Shown here: positions 11,225 through 23,438 of the stretch, piece by piece
Position numbering within the stretch: position 1 is the first letter of the stretch
Layout of the letters: each line of letters opens with the position of its first letter
NCBI GenBank assembly: GCA_964016885.1
Contig: OZ024759.1
Location: forward strand, 24,924,001-24,988,000
DNA: 64,000 nucleotides
Source of the DNA: Eledone cirrhosa
Lineage: Eukaryota
Direction of reading: 5' to 3'
Made by a program: the position numbers and the translations under genes
Notes under the pieces: model-generated
What the model was told of the DNA's origin: nothing
What the model saw: only the letters and a program-made list of their open reading frames with translations
The model's database searches: none

Positions 11225-11425
11225 TTCCTTGGTACAGTAAGATAAATTTGAAAAAAAAGGGTGGAAGAATGACTTCACTGGTGATTGATGTTCGTTAATA
11301 ATTCAAATCTTTACAATAAGTCATTATTGATATTAATTCTGGTAAGTCCTTGTTAACTATCTGGGGAGGGGAACTTTCTCGCATTTGGTGAGATTTTCAA
11401 ACTGGTCTGTTGTGTTGAATATGTA
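11225..11425 (-). repeat. Unclassified interspersed repeat, homologous to 27200-27392
   Basis: Shared blocks CAGTTTGA.AATC, CAAATGCGAGAAA, GTTAACAA..GACTT, AGTGAAGTCATTCTT, CTTACTG.ACCAAG. Confidence 0.7.
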
Positions 11426-11680
11426 TACATACATATATAGAGTATAGAGGGAGAAAAGCTTGAGAGGAGGGGAGGTCAGGGAGTGAAGTGGTGTAGAGGA
11501 ATGTACAGATGAAAGGATGTAATAAAAATAAAAGATTAAAGAATTAATAAATAAAAAGAAAATTTTTTTTGGTATTTTCTGATGATTAAGGAAATGAATA
11601 TGCAGTGAGAATATATATATATATATAAAGTATTTCCGTAGGAAAGGTAAAGGAAAAGAGAGTGCTCTATGTAGGCTTTT

Positions 11681-11814
11681 TAGTTATGTAATAAACAACG
11701 TAAGATAATTATTTCATTTACCAAAGGTTACACGAAGACAGTGTCAAGCTTGTCCGTCTTAGTGAAACCTTTGGCAAATAAAATAATTATCTCATGTCGT
11801 TTATTAAATAACTA
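11681..11814. repeat. Imperfect 59-bp-arm hairpin next to (TA)n
   Basis: 11681-11739 vs 11756-11814, 8 mismatches, 16-nt loop. Confidence 0.85.
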
Positions 11815-11868
<54 letters not shown>

Positions 11869-11972
11869 AATTAAAATACTAGAGTGTGTTGGAGTTAAAC
11901 ACCCTCTTCGTATTATAGAAATGACAGTAAAGGTACAGCTCAATGTAATTAAACAGAGCCGAAGAATTATGC

Positions 11973-12015
<43 letters not shown>

Positions 12016-12046
12016 GAAATATATATATATATATATATATATAATG

Positions 12047-12089
<43 letters not shown>

Positions 12090-12226
12090 GAAATATATAT
12101 ATATATATATATAATGAAATATATATATAATGAAATATATATATATATATAATGAAATATATATATATATATATATAATGAAATATATATATATATATAA
12201 TGAAATATATATATATATATATCTAG

Positions 12227-12258
<32 letters not shown>

Positions 12259-12329
12259 TGGAAAAGTAAATAACAACAACAAAGAGTAGAGTTAGGAAAG
12301 GTGAAAGGTGTTAGGTATTATTAGGTTAT

Positions 12330-12545
12330 ATATATATCAGATCAGATAGGGTGTGATAAAAAAAAACCTGGTGGACCATAACCCACCAGAGTACTCGATA
12401 CTTGGGATAGTAGAGTGGGTAATAGGAAAATAGTCAGTACCCCGACGGTAGAGCTCTGGCCATTTCGACAGCTAGATCTGAACTGTTCAGATCTAGCTGT
12501 CGAAACGGCCGGAGCTCAGCCGTCGGGGTCCTGAATTTTTTCATA
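12330..12545. mobile_element. TA-embedded element family H with terminal fold-back
   Basis: About 50-bp arms centred at 12484; 12340-12480 is the reverse complement of the 55046-55210 family (AAGTATCGAGTACTC, TTATGGTCCACC). Confidence 0.75.
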
Positions 12546-12855
12546 TATATATATACTATATCAAAGTAAGAATGAAACAGTTCTAGTCTTGTAGAAGTAA
12601 TTTCTATATTAGCTGAATATTCTTATTCTCTATTTATGTATTGACTACCTTCAGAAGACCATCCTTAGTTTTTTTTTATGCGTATGTGTGTGAGTGTGTA
12701 AGACCCGGGTTCAATAGGGGGCAACCACAATTAGTAAAGTACTCAATACATTAGTCGAGTGTAAACATCAAGAGTTTGATATGAATGAAATGAAGAAAGC
12801 CAATTTCCCGATAATTTCTTTTTAATGAAACAGTTCTAGTTCTGTAGAAGCCATT

Positions 12856-12915
<60 letters not shown>

Positions 12916-12968
12916 TATATATACATTGATACTCTGCTCCCAAAGAACAATTAACTTGCACCTTAACA

Positions 12969-13014
<46 letters not shown>

Positions 13015-13076
13015 TTGATACTCTGCTCCCAAAGAACAATTAACTTGCACCTTTACACCTATATATACATATATAC

Positions 13077-13156
<80 letters not shown>

Positions 13157-14141
13157 GTGTGTGTGTGTGTGCGTGTGTGTGTCCAACCCATGCAAGTGTG
13201 GAAAAACGAATGTAAAAATGATAATGGTGATGATGTGTGCTAGCAGCCGAAGTGTATAATAAAGTTATATCTGTATGAATACAGTGTATTACCGAAAGTG
13301 TACCATGTTTACCTGCCTACGTATTAGATCTGTGTATATATATTTATACACGTTGATGCACGTCTCAGTTACACACACTGCATTTATACAGATATACATA
13401 ACACACACATACATACATACATACATACATACAGATATATATACCGAGAGAGGGAGAAAGAGTGTCCATACATATATATAGCGAGAGTGTGTGTGTATAT
13501 ATATGTGTGAGTTTGTGTATATACATAAATATATATAGAGAGAAAGACTATGTATGTATCTATGTGTGTGTATATATATATATATGAGAGAGAGAGATAG
13601 AGATGAAATGTTTAGTATAAGATGTTAAAGAGGAAATGAGTTCGCAATGTGAAACAGTAATCTTATGTGAGTATAAGAAAGTAACACAGTTTCTTAAGAC
13701 CTCTCATTATATGAGAGAATGAGAGAATGGTGAAATATCATTAAAAATATTAATTGTTTCTTTTATTATTTCTTGGGAGATCGAATGGCTAAAAACACAC
13801 AAGTTTGGGAAGAAAAGTTACGGATATTTTTATAAAACTGCGAATTTAAAAAAAAAACAATGTTTCGTGTTTGTTTTTTTTTTGTTTTGTTTTGTTTGTT
13901 TTTACGCAGATGCGTAATCATTCATCATTCATAAACAAAGAACTCGCCAGTTTGTGAATGAAATTGACCTTCACACGCACTCACTCACTCACTCACTCTC
14001 ACGTACAGATACATACACACACATGTAAGTATTTATATATGTATGCATATAACTATGCATACATATATAAATACTAAATATAAATCTATCTATGTTACAC
14101 ACATATATATTTGGGTGGTGTGTGTGTGTATATATATATAT

Positions 14142-14275
14142 AGTAAAATGTTAGTGCCGGCGTCGTGAGCTCAGCCGCCGGGCACTAACCTTTTACTATA
14201 TATACCTTCTACTAAGTATCGAGTACTTAACTGAACATTGCCCAACTGGTCTAAACTGGTAAATCCCAATCTCTC
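14142..14275. mobile_element. Family H-related fold-back element
   Basis: GTAAAA-GTTAGTGCC-GGCG..TGAGCTCA..CGCC-GGCACTAAC-TTTTAC palindrome followed by AAGTATCGAGTACT. Confidence 0.65.
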
Positions 14276-14292
14276 TCTCTCTCTTCTCTCCG

Positions 14293-14328
<36 letters not shown>

Positions 14329-14360
14329 TACATACATACATGCATACATGTGTGTTATGC

Positions 14361-14408
<48 letters not shown>

Positions 14409-14443
14409 GCGTATGTATGTTATGTATGTATATATTATATATG

Positions 14444-14519
14444 TATCCTGATGATTTCTTTCGAATGAAACAGTTCTAGTCCCGTAGAAGCCATTTCTAT
14501 ATAAAATTTGATGTTTACA

Positions 14520-14588
<69 letters not shown>

Positions 14589-14645
14589 TATATATATATA
14601 TTGGAATACCTTGCTATGGTTACCCTCGATTGAACCCGGGACTTA
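14444..14645 (+). mobile_element. TA-embedded element family G with partial hammerhead core
   Basis: CTGATGA-tTTCtttcGAAt-GAAAC at 14448-14471; homologous pieces at 12570-12610, 12800-12860 (direct) and 12699-12775 (inverted). Confidence 0.55.
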
Positions 14646-14851
14646 TATATACACACACACATGTATGTGTTACTGCCTCTCTGTTTTGTTCCCGTTCCAC
14701 TATATCTATATATATATATGCAAAAGTTTTATTTAAAATTGTTGGGGTACAACGAGTAAATATTTTATAACTGATATAAAAGCACTCAACAGTTTCTGGA
14801 GTAGGTTTACGATATTAAACAAATGGAAACTATATTTATAAAACCATATTT

Positions 14852-14915
14852 ATTTCGTTATATATATTTCTGGGATATCATATTAAAAATATGGTATGCC
14901 TTCCTCAGACAAAAT
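14852..14915 (-). ncRNA. Minimal type I hammerhead motif (family C)
   Basis: ATTTTGT-CTGAGGA-stem II (CATATT ttt AATATG)-GAAA-TATATA-TA-ACGAAAT, overlapping AATAAA. Confidence 0.72.
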
Positions 14916-15444
14916 ACAATACATAAGCTGTTTTATAAATAATTTTTGACATACCTTCCATTTAATATATATATATGCGCGCGTACTAAAAGCGGAAATG
15001 AAAAAAAAAGTCTTACGAACCGAGGAGTTGAACATCTCTGTTTGAAGTGTGAAAGAAGGTGAAGAATGAAAAAGTCGGATGATGAGCGATAATGAGTTGG
15101 AGAAAGCAGACTAGTTCTACTGACTGACATACACATACATCCCATATATGATATGTGTGTGTGTATATATATATATGTAATATGTATATATATATATACC
15201 ATCGTCGTCATCATCATCATTTTACGTCCTCTTTTCCATACACTCACGTATATACATTCATACATATATACACACATATATATAGATAGATACACAGACA
15301 CACACACAAACATATATATATATATACACTCTCTCTCCCACATATATTCACACAGGAAAGGGGAATAGGGAAGGCGGCGGACAGAAGCACCAAGTGCGAA
15401 CAACGTGCCCGTCGTGTGTAAGGGAAACGGTCAGAGACGGGATG

Positions 15445-15765
15445 AGGTGTGGTGTGGTGTGGTTCGGTGTAGTGCGGTGTGGTGTGTGGTATAGTGTAGT
15501 GTGATGTATTATAGTGTAGTTTGGTGTAGTTTGGTGTGATGTATTCTAGTTTGGTGTGATGTATTGTATTGTAGTGTGGTGTGTTGTGGTGTAGTGTGAT
15601 GTATTGTCGTGTGGTGTGATGTAGTGTAGTGTAGTGTGATGTAATATGGCGTAGTGTGGTGTATTGTAGTGTGGTGTGGTGTGATATGATGGATGTGGTG
15701 TAGTATAGTGTGGTGTATTGTATTGTGATGAGGTGTACTGAATTGTAGTGACGTAGTGTGGTTGT
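15445..15765. repeat. Degenerate pentanucleotide satellite (GTGTG/GTAGT)
   Basis: 5-nt periodicity visible throughout. Confidence 0.9.
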
Positions 15766-16639
15766 GGTCATACTATTTCACATAACAGGGGAGACGGGAT
15801 ACCGTAGTAATATTTTGGTGTATGTGGTGTCATCGGGGGCGGGGCGGGGATGGAATCGGGATGTAGTTTTGGATGGACAGAGAGATGGAGAGAGAGGGGG
15901 AGATACGTTGATGGTATGGAGGGGAGGAATTGTTGTGGTCTTGATAGAGTGTGGAGGAAGAGTGAGAGAGGGAGAATGAAAAGAAGACACAAACACGAGT
16001 ACCAGACATAGAAGAAAGAACGAAAGAGAGAGAGAGAGAGCACAACCAAGAAAGAACGAGAAACAAGGAAAGAAAAGGGGGAAGATGATGAATTTCTTTA
16101 ATGGTGGAGAGGAAAGCCGGACGACGATAGAAAGTAAAGAGACGAGAAACTAGCAAATAAAAGTGGTGAAGAAGGTGAAATAATACATACCCGGGGTAGA
16201 TGAAACATTGGTCTGGGTAGTAAAGAAAAGAAAAGTGTAGACACATCATATATATATATATACACTCTGATCAAGACAAGAGACTTATCTGTCTATCTCT
16301 CGGTAAACACACATATATATATATATATATTATGTGTGTGTGGACGCTGGTATGTATGTGGTGTATATATATAGGTGTGTAAATATAGGTATGCGTGGTG
16401 TACATATGATCAAAACCCGACACTTGTGAAAGCCACGGACTCTCCTGTCGGCCTCTCTCTCTCTCTCTGAAGGATGGTATGAATATAAGTGTGTAATGTA
16501 TAGATGTATATATCAACAATGGTATGTATGTCGTATGTATGTCGTATATATAGGTATGTATACCGATCTCTGATCCGAGACTTGTTTACAGCGGTGTGTC
16601 TGTGTTTGTGTGAGAGATAGACAGATAGATAGATAGAGA

Positions 16640-17154
16640 GAGAGACAAATAAGGATAGAGACAGGTAAAGCAAAAGGCCGATGAAGAGGGAGAAAGATAA
16701 AGACAGAGGGATAGGGAAAGAAAGAGAGAGCACTTGGTGGTGCTGTGTTGTGTGTGTGTGTGTGAGGGGGGGGGGGGGGTAAAGAGAGACAGGTAAAGCA
16801 AGAGGCAGAGAAAGATAAAGACAAAGCGATAGGGAAAGAAAGAGAGAGCACTTGGTGGTGTTGTGTGAGAGAGAGGAGTAAAGAGAGAAGCAGATAAAGA
16901 CAGAGAAAGAGAGAGAGACAAAGAGAGAGAAATAGCACTTGGCGGTGCTGTGTTGTGTGTGTGAGATAGAGAGCACTTGATATCACTGTGTTGTGTGTGT
17001 GAGAGAGAGGGAAGGGAATAGATAGATAGAGAGAAAGAGAGCACACGATAGTGTTGTGTGTGTGTGAAAGAGATAGAGAGAGCACACGATAGCGCTGTTT
17101 GTGTGTGTGTGTGTGTGTGTGTATGTGAGAGGGAGAGAGAGAGCACGATAGCGC

Positions 17155-17190
<36 letters not shown>
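16640..17190. repeat. Compound repeat AGAGAGCAC(TTGGTGG/ACGATAG)TGCTGTGTTGTGTG
   Basis: About 7 related units separated by GA/GT runs. Confidence 0.85.
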
Positions 17191-17191
<1 letters not shown>

Positions 17192-17529
17192 TATATTTCT
17201 TTATTAGCCACAAGGGCGCACAAAGAGAGTAAGATAGAGAGATAGAGCAGTTAGCAGGGCAGTGTGAGAGACGCCAGCAATGTGGTGGGTTGTAATGTGG
17301 CCTTTTTCTATCGGGGTTTTGTACTGACCGACAGGAAAATGAGAGAGGATGAGAGACGAAATGGTGAGATAAAATACTGAACGGAGCTTATCAGAGAAAT
17401 TGTCTCACCCCACCAAGATAGAAGACTGAGAAGAAGATAGATGGAGTTGGCGGCGGTGGTGGTGGTGGTGGTTGTGGTGAAAGATAGCGGGGTGAGGTCA
17501 AAGTTAGTGTTAAAGTAACTGGTAGATAT

Positions 17530-18760
17530 GCTAGGTGTTGGTTGTAGTAGTGGTGTTGGTGATGCTAGTGTTAGTTGTGTTGGTGTTGGTAGGGGTGTTA
17601 GTAATGATGATGGTGTTGGTTGTAGTAGTGGTGGTTGTGTTGGTATTGGTGTTGGTTGAAGTAGTGGTGTTGGTGTGTCTGTGTTGGAGTTGGTTGTGTT
17701 GGTGTTGGTGGTAGTAGTGTTGGTGTTGGTGGTAGTAGTGCTGGTTTTGGTGGTAGTAGTAGTGTTGGTGTGTCTGTGTTGGTGTTGGTTGAAGCAGGAG
17801 TGATTGTGTTGGTTGTAGTAGTGGTGTTGGTGGTAGTAGTAATGGTGTTGATATGTCTGTGTTGGTGTTGGCTGTAGTAAGAGTGTTGGTGGGAGAAGTG
17901 CTGTTGTCGTTAGTTGTGTTGGTGGTAGTAGTGGTGTTGGTGATAGTAGTGTTGGTGGTAGAAGTGCTGTTGTTGTTAGTTGTGTTGGTGGTAGAAGTGC
18001 TGTTGTCGTTAGTTGTGTTGGTGGTAGAAGTGCTGGTGTTGTTAGTTGTGTTGGTGGTAGTGGTGGTGTTGGTGGTAGAAGTGCTGTTGTCGTTAGTTGT
18101 GTTGGTGGTAGAAGTGCTGTTGTTGTTAGTTGTGTTGGTGGTAGTGGTGGTGTTGGTGATAGTAGTGTTGGTGGTAGAAGTGCTGTTGTTGTTAGTTGTG
18201 TTGGTGGTAGTGGTGGTGTTGGTGGTAGAAGTGCTGTTGTTGTTAGTTGTGTTGGTGGTAGTGGTGGTGTTGGTGATAGTAGTGTTGGTGGTAGAAGTGC
18301 TGTTGTTGTTAGTTGTGTTGGTGGTAGTGGTGGTGTTGGTAGAAGTGCTGTTGTCGTTAGTTGTGTTGGTGGTAGTAGTGTTGGTGGTAGAAGTGCTGTT
18401 GTCGTTAGTTGTGTTGGTGATAGTAGTGTTGGTGGTAGAAGTGCTGTTGTCGTTAGTTGTGTTGGTGGTAGTGGTGGTGTTGGTGGTAGAAGTGCTGTTG
18501 TCGTTAGTGGTGTTGGTGATAGTAGTGTTGGTGGTAGAAGTGCTGTTGTCGTTAGTTGTGTTGGTGGTAGTAGTTGTGTTGGTGGTAGAAGTGCTGTTGT
18601 CGTTAGTTGTGTTGGTGATAGTAGTGTTGGTGGTAGAAGTGCTGTTGTCGTTAGTTGTGTTGGTGGTAGTGGTGGTGTTGGTGGTAGTAGTGGTGTTGGT
18701 GATAGTAGTGTTGGTGGTAGAAGTGCTGTTGTCGTTAGTTGTGTTGGTGGTGTTGGTGTG
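17530..18760. repeat. GT-rich trinucleotide-derived minisatellite (GTGTTGGTGGTAGAAGTGCTGTTGTCGTTAGTT plus 15/18-nt modules)
   Basis: All modules are multiples of 3, giving stop-free T/N-rich (minus) and V/L-rich (plus) frames. Confidence 0.95.
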
Positions 18761-18781
18761 CGTGTTGATGAATAAACGGTG

Positions 18782-19118
18782 AATTGGCAGAGACGTGAGC
18801 AAATGGGATAGATAACTTTGTGGTATTGGCTTCCTCTCTCTACTCTCTGAGTTCAAATCCCACAGAGGTCAACTTTGCCTTTCATTCATTCGAGGTTGAG
18901 AAAGAAAAGTACCAGTCTGGTACTGGGATAAATTATTTTGCTATATCTCTTTCTCACTTTCATTCTCTCACTCATTCTATCCTTCTGTGAAAGAAGTCTG
19001 CTGTACTCAGGTCTAGAGAGGAGATGGGCTCCAGCAGGCTTTAAAATGCCCTAAAAGCACTGTATATCAATATGGCGCTCCTATGATTCCCTCAGGAGAT
19101 ATGAGTTCATATCATACC
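18782..19118 (+). mobile_element. SINE family 3, near full length
   Basis: TGGCAGA...GAGTTCAAATCCC...GCCTTTCATTC...AAGTACCAG, tail to CATATCATACC. Confidence 0.78.
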
Positions 19119-19333
19119 TGTGTTGATGGTAGTGTTGGTTGTAGTAGCATTGGTGTTTGTGTGTGTGTGAGTGGTGAAGATAAGTATAGTGGTGGTGATA
19201 ATGATAGTGAAGAAGAGGTATGAATATATCTTGGAGATAAGGAAAGAGGGACAGAAAGAGAAAAGGGGAGAAAGAAAATGTAGATTTATACGATATAAAT
19301 ATGTATTATAGATGAGATATAGAGATAAACAGC

Positions 19334-19401
<68 letters not shown>

Positions 19402-19404
19402 TGT

Positions 19405-19448
<44 letters not shown>

Positions 19449-19709
19449 TATAAGACACACCAACACCATTTTTAAAACTAACACCACTACTATAACCAAC
19501 ACCAACATCACTACTAACACCCATTCCAACACCAACACAACTAACACTAACACCACCAACATATATATTTGGTAAAATATGTGTTAGTCAATCACCAACA
19601 CTATTGTACGCAGAATAGAGAACAGAACGAAGTATACAAGTAGGTCTGATTACTCCGGAGTATAATTATAATAATGAAACACAAGTCAACAGGTTAGAAT
19701 TTATTCATT

Positions 19710-19768
19710 ACTGTTATATATATTTCAATGATAACTGTTATGCAACAGTTATGACTTCATCAGACAGC
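19710..19768 (-). ncRNA. Minimal type I hammerhead motif (family D, left arm, intact core)
   Basis: GCTGT-CTGATGA-(ATAACTGTT gcat AACAGTTAT)-GAAA-TATATA-TA-ACAGT, AATAAA 4 nt later. Confidence 0.75.
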
Positions 19769-19934
19769 TAGAAGTTGAGCAGAAAAAAAACAAGAAAAAG
19801 AAATAAAAATTACTCCTGTTGTATGAATTCATTAATATGTCCTGGGCTAATCATTGGTGTTGCTTTCTCAAAGCACTGTTGACAAATAAATTGAAACAAC
19901 AGGAGTAACTTTTTTATTTTCTGTTCAACTAGTA

Positions 19935-19993
19935 GCTGTCTGATGAGGTTATAGATGTTGAATAACATTTATCATCAGAATATGTATAACAGC
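19935..19993 (+). ncRNA. Hammerhead motif, damaged (family D, right arm)
   Basis: GCTGT-CTGATGA-(ATAGATGTT gaat AACATTTAT)-AGAA-TATGTA-TA-ACAGC; the GAAA box is altered. Confidence 0.5.
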
Positions 19994-20046
19994 AATTGTA
20001 TAATGAATAAATGAAGTAAATCATAACCTGTCGAGTGGTACTTCAT

Positions 20047-20085
<39 letters not shown>

Positions 20086-20364
20086 GTTTAGAAAGAATAA
20101 GAGATGAATGTATAGAGAGAGTGTGGGAGGAAGTTTAGACAGAGTAAGAGATGAATGAGAAGAGGGAGAGTGTGAAATGTCTTGAAGTGACAGTGTAAGA
20201 GAGAAAGGGGGGGGAGAAGGGGGAGCGAGAATGTGACAGTAAAAAGAAAGGCGAGGAGGGGCGGGGTCAGGAATGTAAGTCAAAGAATGTATGAAAGAGT
20301 TGTAACAATGCATGTTTAATGTCTCAGATATGATGGCTGTTGTGTGAGGGAGATAGCTAGGCAG

Positions 20365-20444
<80 letters not shown>

Positions 20445-20496
20445 AGATAGACTGACAGGTAGATAGATAGAGCGAGAGAAAGACAGGTAGTTAGAT

Positions 20497-20541
<45 letters not shown>

Positions 20542-20826
20542 GGGGGTAGAGAGAGAGAGAGAGGGGGGTAGAGAGAGAGAAAGACAGGTAGATAGATAGA
20601 TAGATTGAGAGAGGTAGATAGACTGACAGGTACATAAACAGATAGAGAGATAGAGAGACGGGTAAGGTAGATAGATAAATAGATAGAAGTGTAGATACAT
20701 AGACAGAGAGATGGATAGGTAGATAGATAGATAGATCAAATAATACAAAAAGTATAAACTAGAAGTACCTACATAACGAGAAAGTATAAACTAGTAGTAG
20801 CTAGATAGATAGAGTATAAACTAGTA

Positions 20827-21577
20827 TTAGGTTGTTCCGAAAATAATGGCCGATTTCAGAAACATAATTTTATTCTTGAAAAATTAACAACAGAAATGTT
20901 TTGATTAGTGAAAGTATGAGCCGTGAACATCTATACATCTCTGTCTATTGACTAATCGGTCAAGAAAAAGATCATTGGTGTTTCGCAGAAAGAGCATCGA
21001 GCACACTTCAAAACGCCGAACTTTTTGATTTTCATTGAGCTCATGCGGTACCCATTTATCGAGCTTTTTCACCTTACCAATCTTCTGCAGATGGTGTGAG
21101 ACCGTTGCAATACCGACACCAAGTGCTTGAGACATTTCTTTGACACTTTGACGTGTGTTTTGTTCAACAATTGCTTTCAATTGTTCATTGTCAAGACTGC
21201 ATGACTGTCCTCTACCTTCTTCATCTTCAAGGCTCTCGTCACCACTAGGGAATTTCTGAAACCACCTTCGTACTGTGCGATCACTTGTGGACTCCTCTCC
21301 CCATGCTCTGTTGATATTGGCAGCTGTTTGGAATGCATTGTGCCCAAGCTTGAACTCATGCAAGAAAACTAAACGAAGGTCCGTTTTTGTCATGTTCATA
21401 ATTAAGGGCGCCTATGCTTCAAGAATGTTTTCTGTCTGAAATAAGTAGAAAATTATTAAAGAGCATACATCTATTATTAAGTATGTCGGAATTCACCTAA
21501 AATATAATTAAAATACTATGATAAAATTGCGTTTCAAAAGAACACTTAGAGCGGCCATTATTTTCGGAACAACCTAA
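20827..21577 (-). mobile_element. Internally deleted mariner transposon
   Basis: 26-bp TIRs TTAGGTTGTTCCGAAAATAATGGCCG, TA on both sides, transposase ORF inside. Confidence 0.95.
20905..21399 (-). pseudogene. Mariner transposase lacking the catalytic domain (HTH + WVPHEL linker + C-terminal tip), 164 aa open frame
   Basis: FLHEFKLG..TVRRWFQKF..WVPHEL..FLDRLV fused in frame to NRQRCIDVHGSYFH. Confidence 0.9.
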
Positions 21578-21664
21578 TAACTAGATAGTTAGAGAATATT
21601 TACAGGAGAATAAGTGAAACACTGGGACAAAAGTTTAATTTCCTGGTTGAGTTATTAATAGATG

Positions 21665-22293
21665 TTAACCTTTTAGTATTTAAACTGGTCATATCTGGAC
21701 AGAATTTCCACACCTCTTTCTGTTCAAAACTTTAGCATTTAACCCTTTAGCATTTACATTACTCTACTATTATATTTTCATTTATAATCATCTTACATAA
21801 TATGGAATCTACAAGATTTTGATGATGTTACTATTTATTTTGCGAATACTACATTAATATCAGTATGAGTGGCCGGTTATGGCTGGTTTGCACAGAAAGA
21901 GGTAAGAGAATTCTGGCCGGATATAGCTAGTTTAAATGCTAAAGGATTAAACCAGCCATATCCGACCAGAATTCTCTCACCTCTGGCTGTTCATACTTAT
22001 GTTAAGGTATTGTTCTCAAAATAAATAATATCAAAATCTCATAGATTCGATATTATGTAAGATAATTATGTGAGATAAAGTGTTTACCGTGAAGATACAA
22101 TAGTATATATAGAGTAATGTAAATGCTAAAGGGTTAAACTGGCTGCACTGGCCACTCAAACTGATGGTATGGTATTGTTCTCAAAATAAGTAATATCAAA
22201 ATCTCATAGATTCAATATTACGTGAGATAATTATGTGAAGTAAAACCTTTACCTCAAAAATATAATATATAAAGTAAATGCTAAAGTGTTAAA
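21665..22293. mobile_element. Cluster of nested or tandem piggyBac-type MITEs
   Basis: Repeated TTAA-CCCTTTAGCATTT and AAATGCTAAAGGG-TTAA termini in both orientations. Confidence 0.8.
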
Positions 22294-22530
22294 CTAGTTA
22301 TAAAATGAATAATTTTCAATTAAGAATATGGGATAAATAATTCGTATTCTTATTGGTAATGACTAGAAAGAAACTAAATTACCATCACACACACACACAC
22401 ACACACATACATATATATATACTGTTACTATCACACACACACATGTATAAACTAAATTACCATCACATACAAATATATATATATATATAAACTACTATTA
22501 CACACACATATATATAAACTAAGTTACCAT

Positions 22531-22609
<79 letters not shown>

Positions 22610-22611
<2 letters not shown>

Positions 22612-23028
22612 AATTCTTTTCTTTAGCACGCTTGGCCAGGCCGGTTCGCCTTTTTTCTCTCTCTCGTCTACGATTTCACAGAACTTATGTTCACCGAATT
22701 CACGGACTAGACCCCTTCTTCCTCCCGTTAGACCTGTGAGGAATTCCTTCCTTGCTCACATTTCAACCAGGTTTGATGGTCTTTATTCTCTCTCGTTCAC
22801 GATTTCACCGAACTTATATTCATGGAAATTTGGGACTTGACTCGTTCTTCCTCACTTTTCGTTGCTTCACCATCTTTGTTTGTTTACACTCTCGCTGTTC
22901 CCTTTATTTACGTGTCCCAACGACTTTCTTTAGCCGTTGCTCGCACCAACCGGAGGTATATGGTCTTTAAAGCGAAGAAATACCGATGATGGTTGGAAGA
23001 TCACTGATGAAGGACCACTTTATTCATA
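22610..23028 (+). repeat. Unclassified ~420-bp element, homologous to 27430-27905
   Basis: Colinear blocks CCTTGCTCACATTTCAACCAGGTTTGATGGTCTTT, TTTACGTGTCCCAACGACTTT, TCACTGATGAAGGAC; both copies lie in microsatellites. Confidence 0.85.
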
Positions 23029-23374
23029 TATATATATGTAAACTGTTACCATTTCACATACACACACATATCGATAAGCTAAGTTACCATCAAAGTCTCG
23101 ATCTTATAAACTGTTTACTTTGTATTGCTATGTCATATTCCTACTAACCTTTTCCAGTTTTAGTTACGAGGTTTTGTCCAAACTACAATTCCTTCTCTCT
23201 CTCACTATCTATTTATCTATTTATTTATCTAGCTAGCTAGCTATCTCACTATCTATCTATCTATCTATATCTATATATAATAGAACACTGGTGGGTTATA
23301 TCCGTAGTAGTATAGCACTCAGTTTATGGGACGAGTTTTGTAGAAGTAGTTCTACTACAGTTAATTCACCATTT

Positions 23375-23415
23375 CCGAGAACAATTGTTTCACCTGAGTC
23401 GGATCATCAGCTTGG
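23375..23415 (-). ncRNA. Minimal hammerhead motif (family E)
   Basis: CCAAG-CTGATGA-tCCgactcaGGt-GAAA-CAATTG-TT-CTCGG on minus; truncated mirror CCGAG-CTGATGA at 23422-23433. Confidence 0.6.
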
Positions 23416-23438
23416 TTTAAACCGAGCTGATGATGCAA

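Larger units (their letters stand above)
19670..20051. mobile_element. Fold-back element D with diverged arms and a hammerhead motif in each
   Basis: Inverted blocks ACAGGTTA/TAACCTGT, ATTTATTCATTA/TAATGAATAAAT, TCATCAGACAGCTA/TAGCTGTCTGATGA, TTACTCCTGTTGT/ACAACAGGAGTAA. Confidence 0.8.

Noticed and set aside
13266-13305. CTGTATGA-ATAC/GTAT-GAAA hammerhead-like string
   Set aside because: Core box has an extra base and stems I and III are absent.
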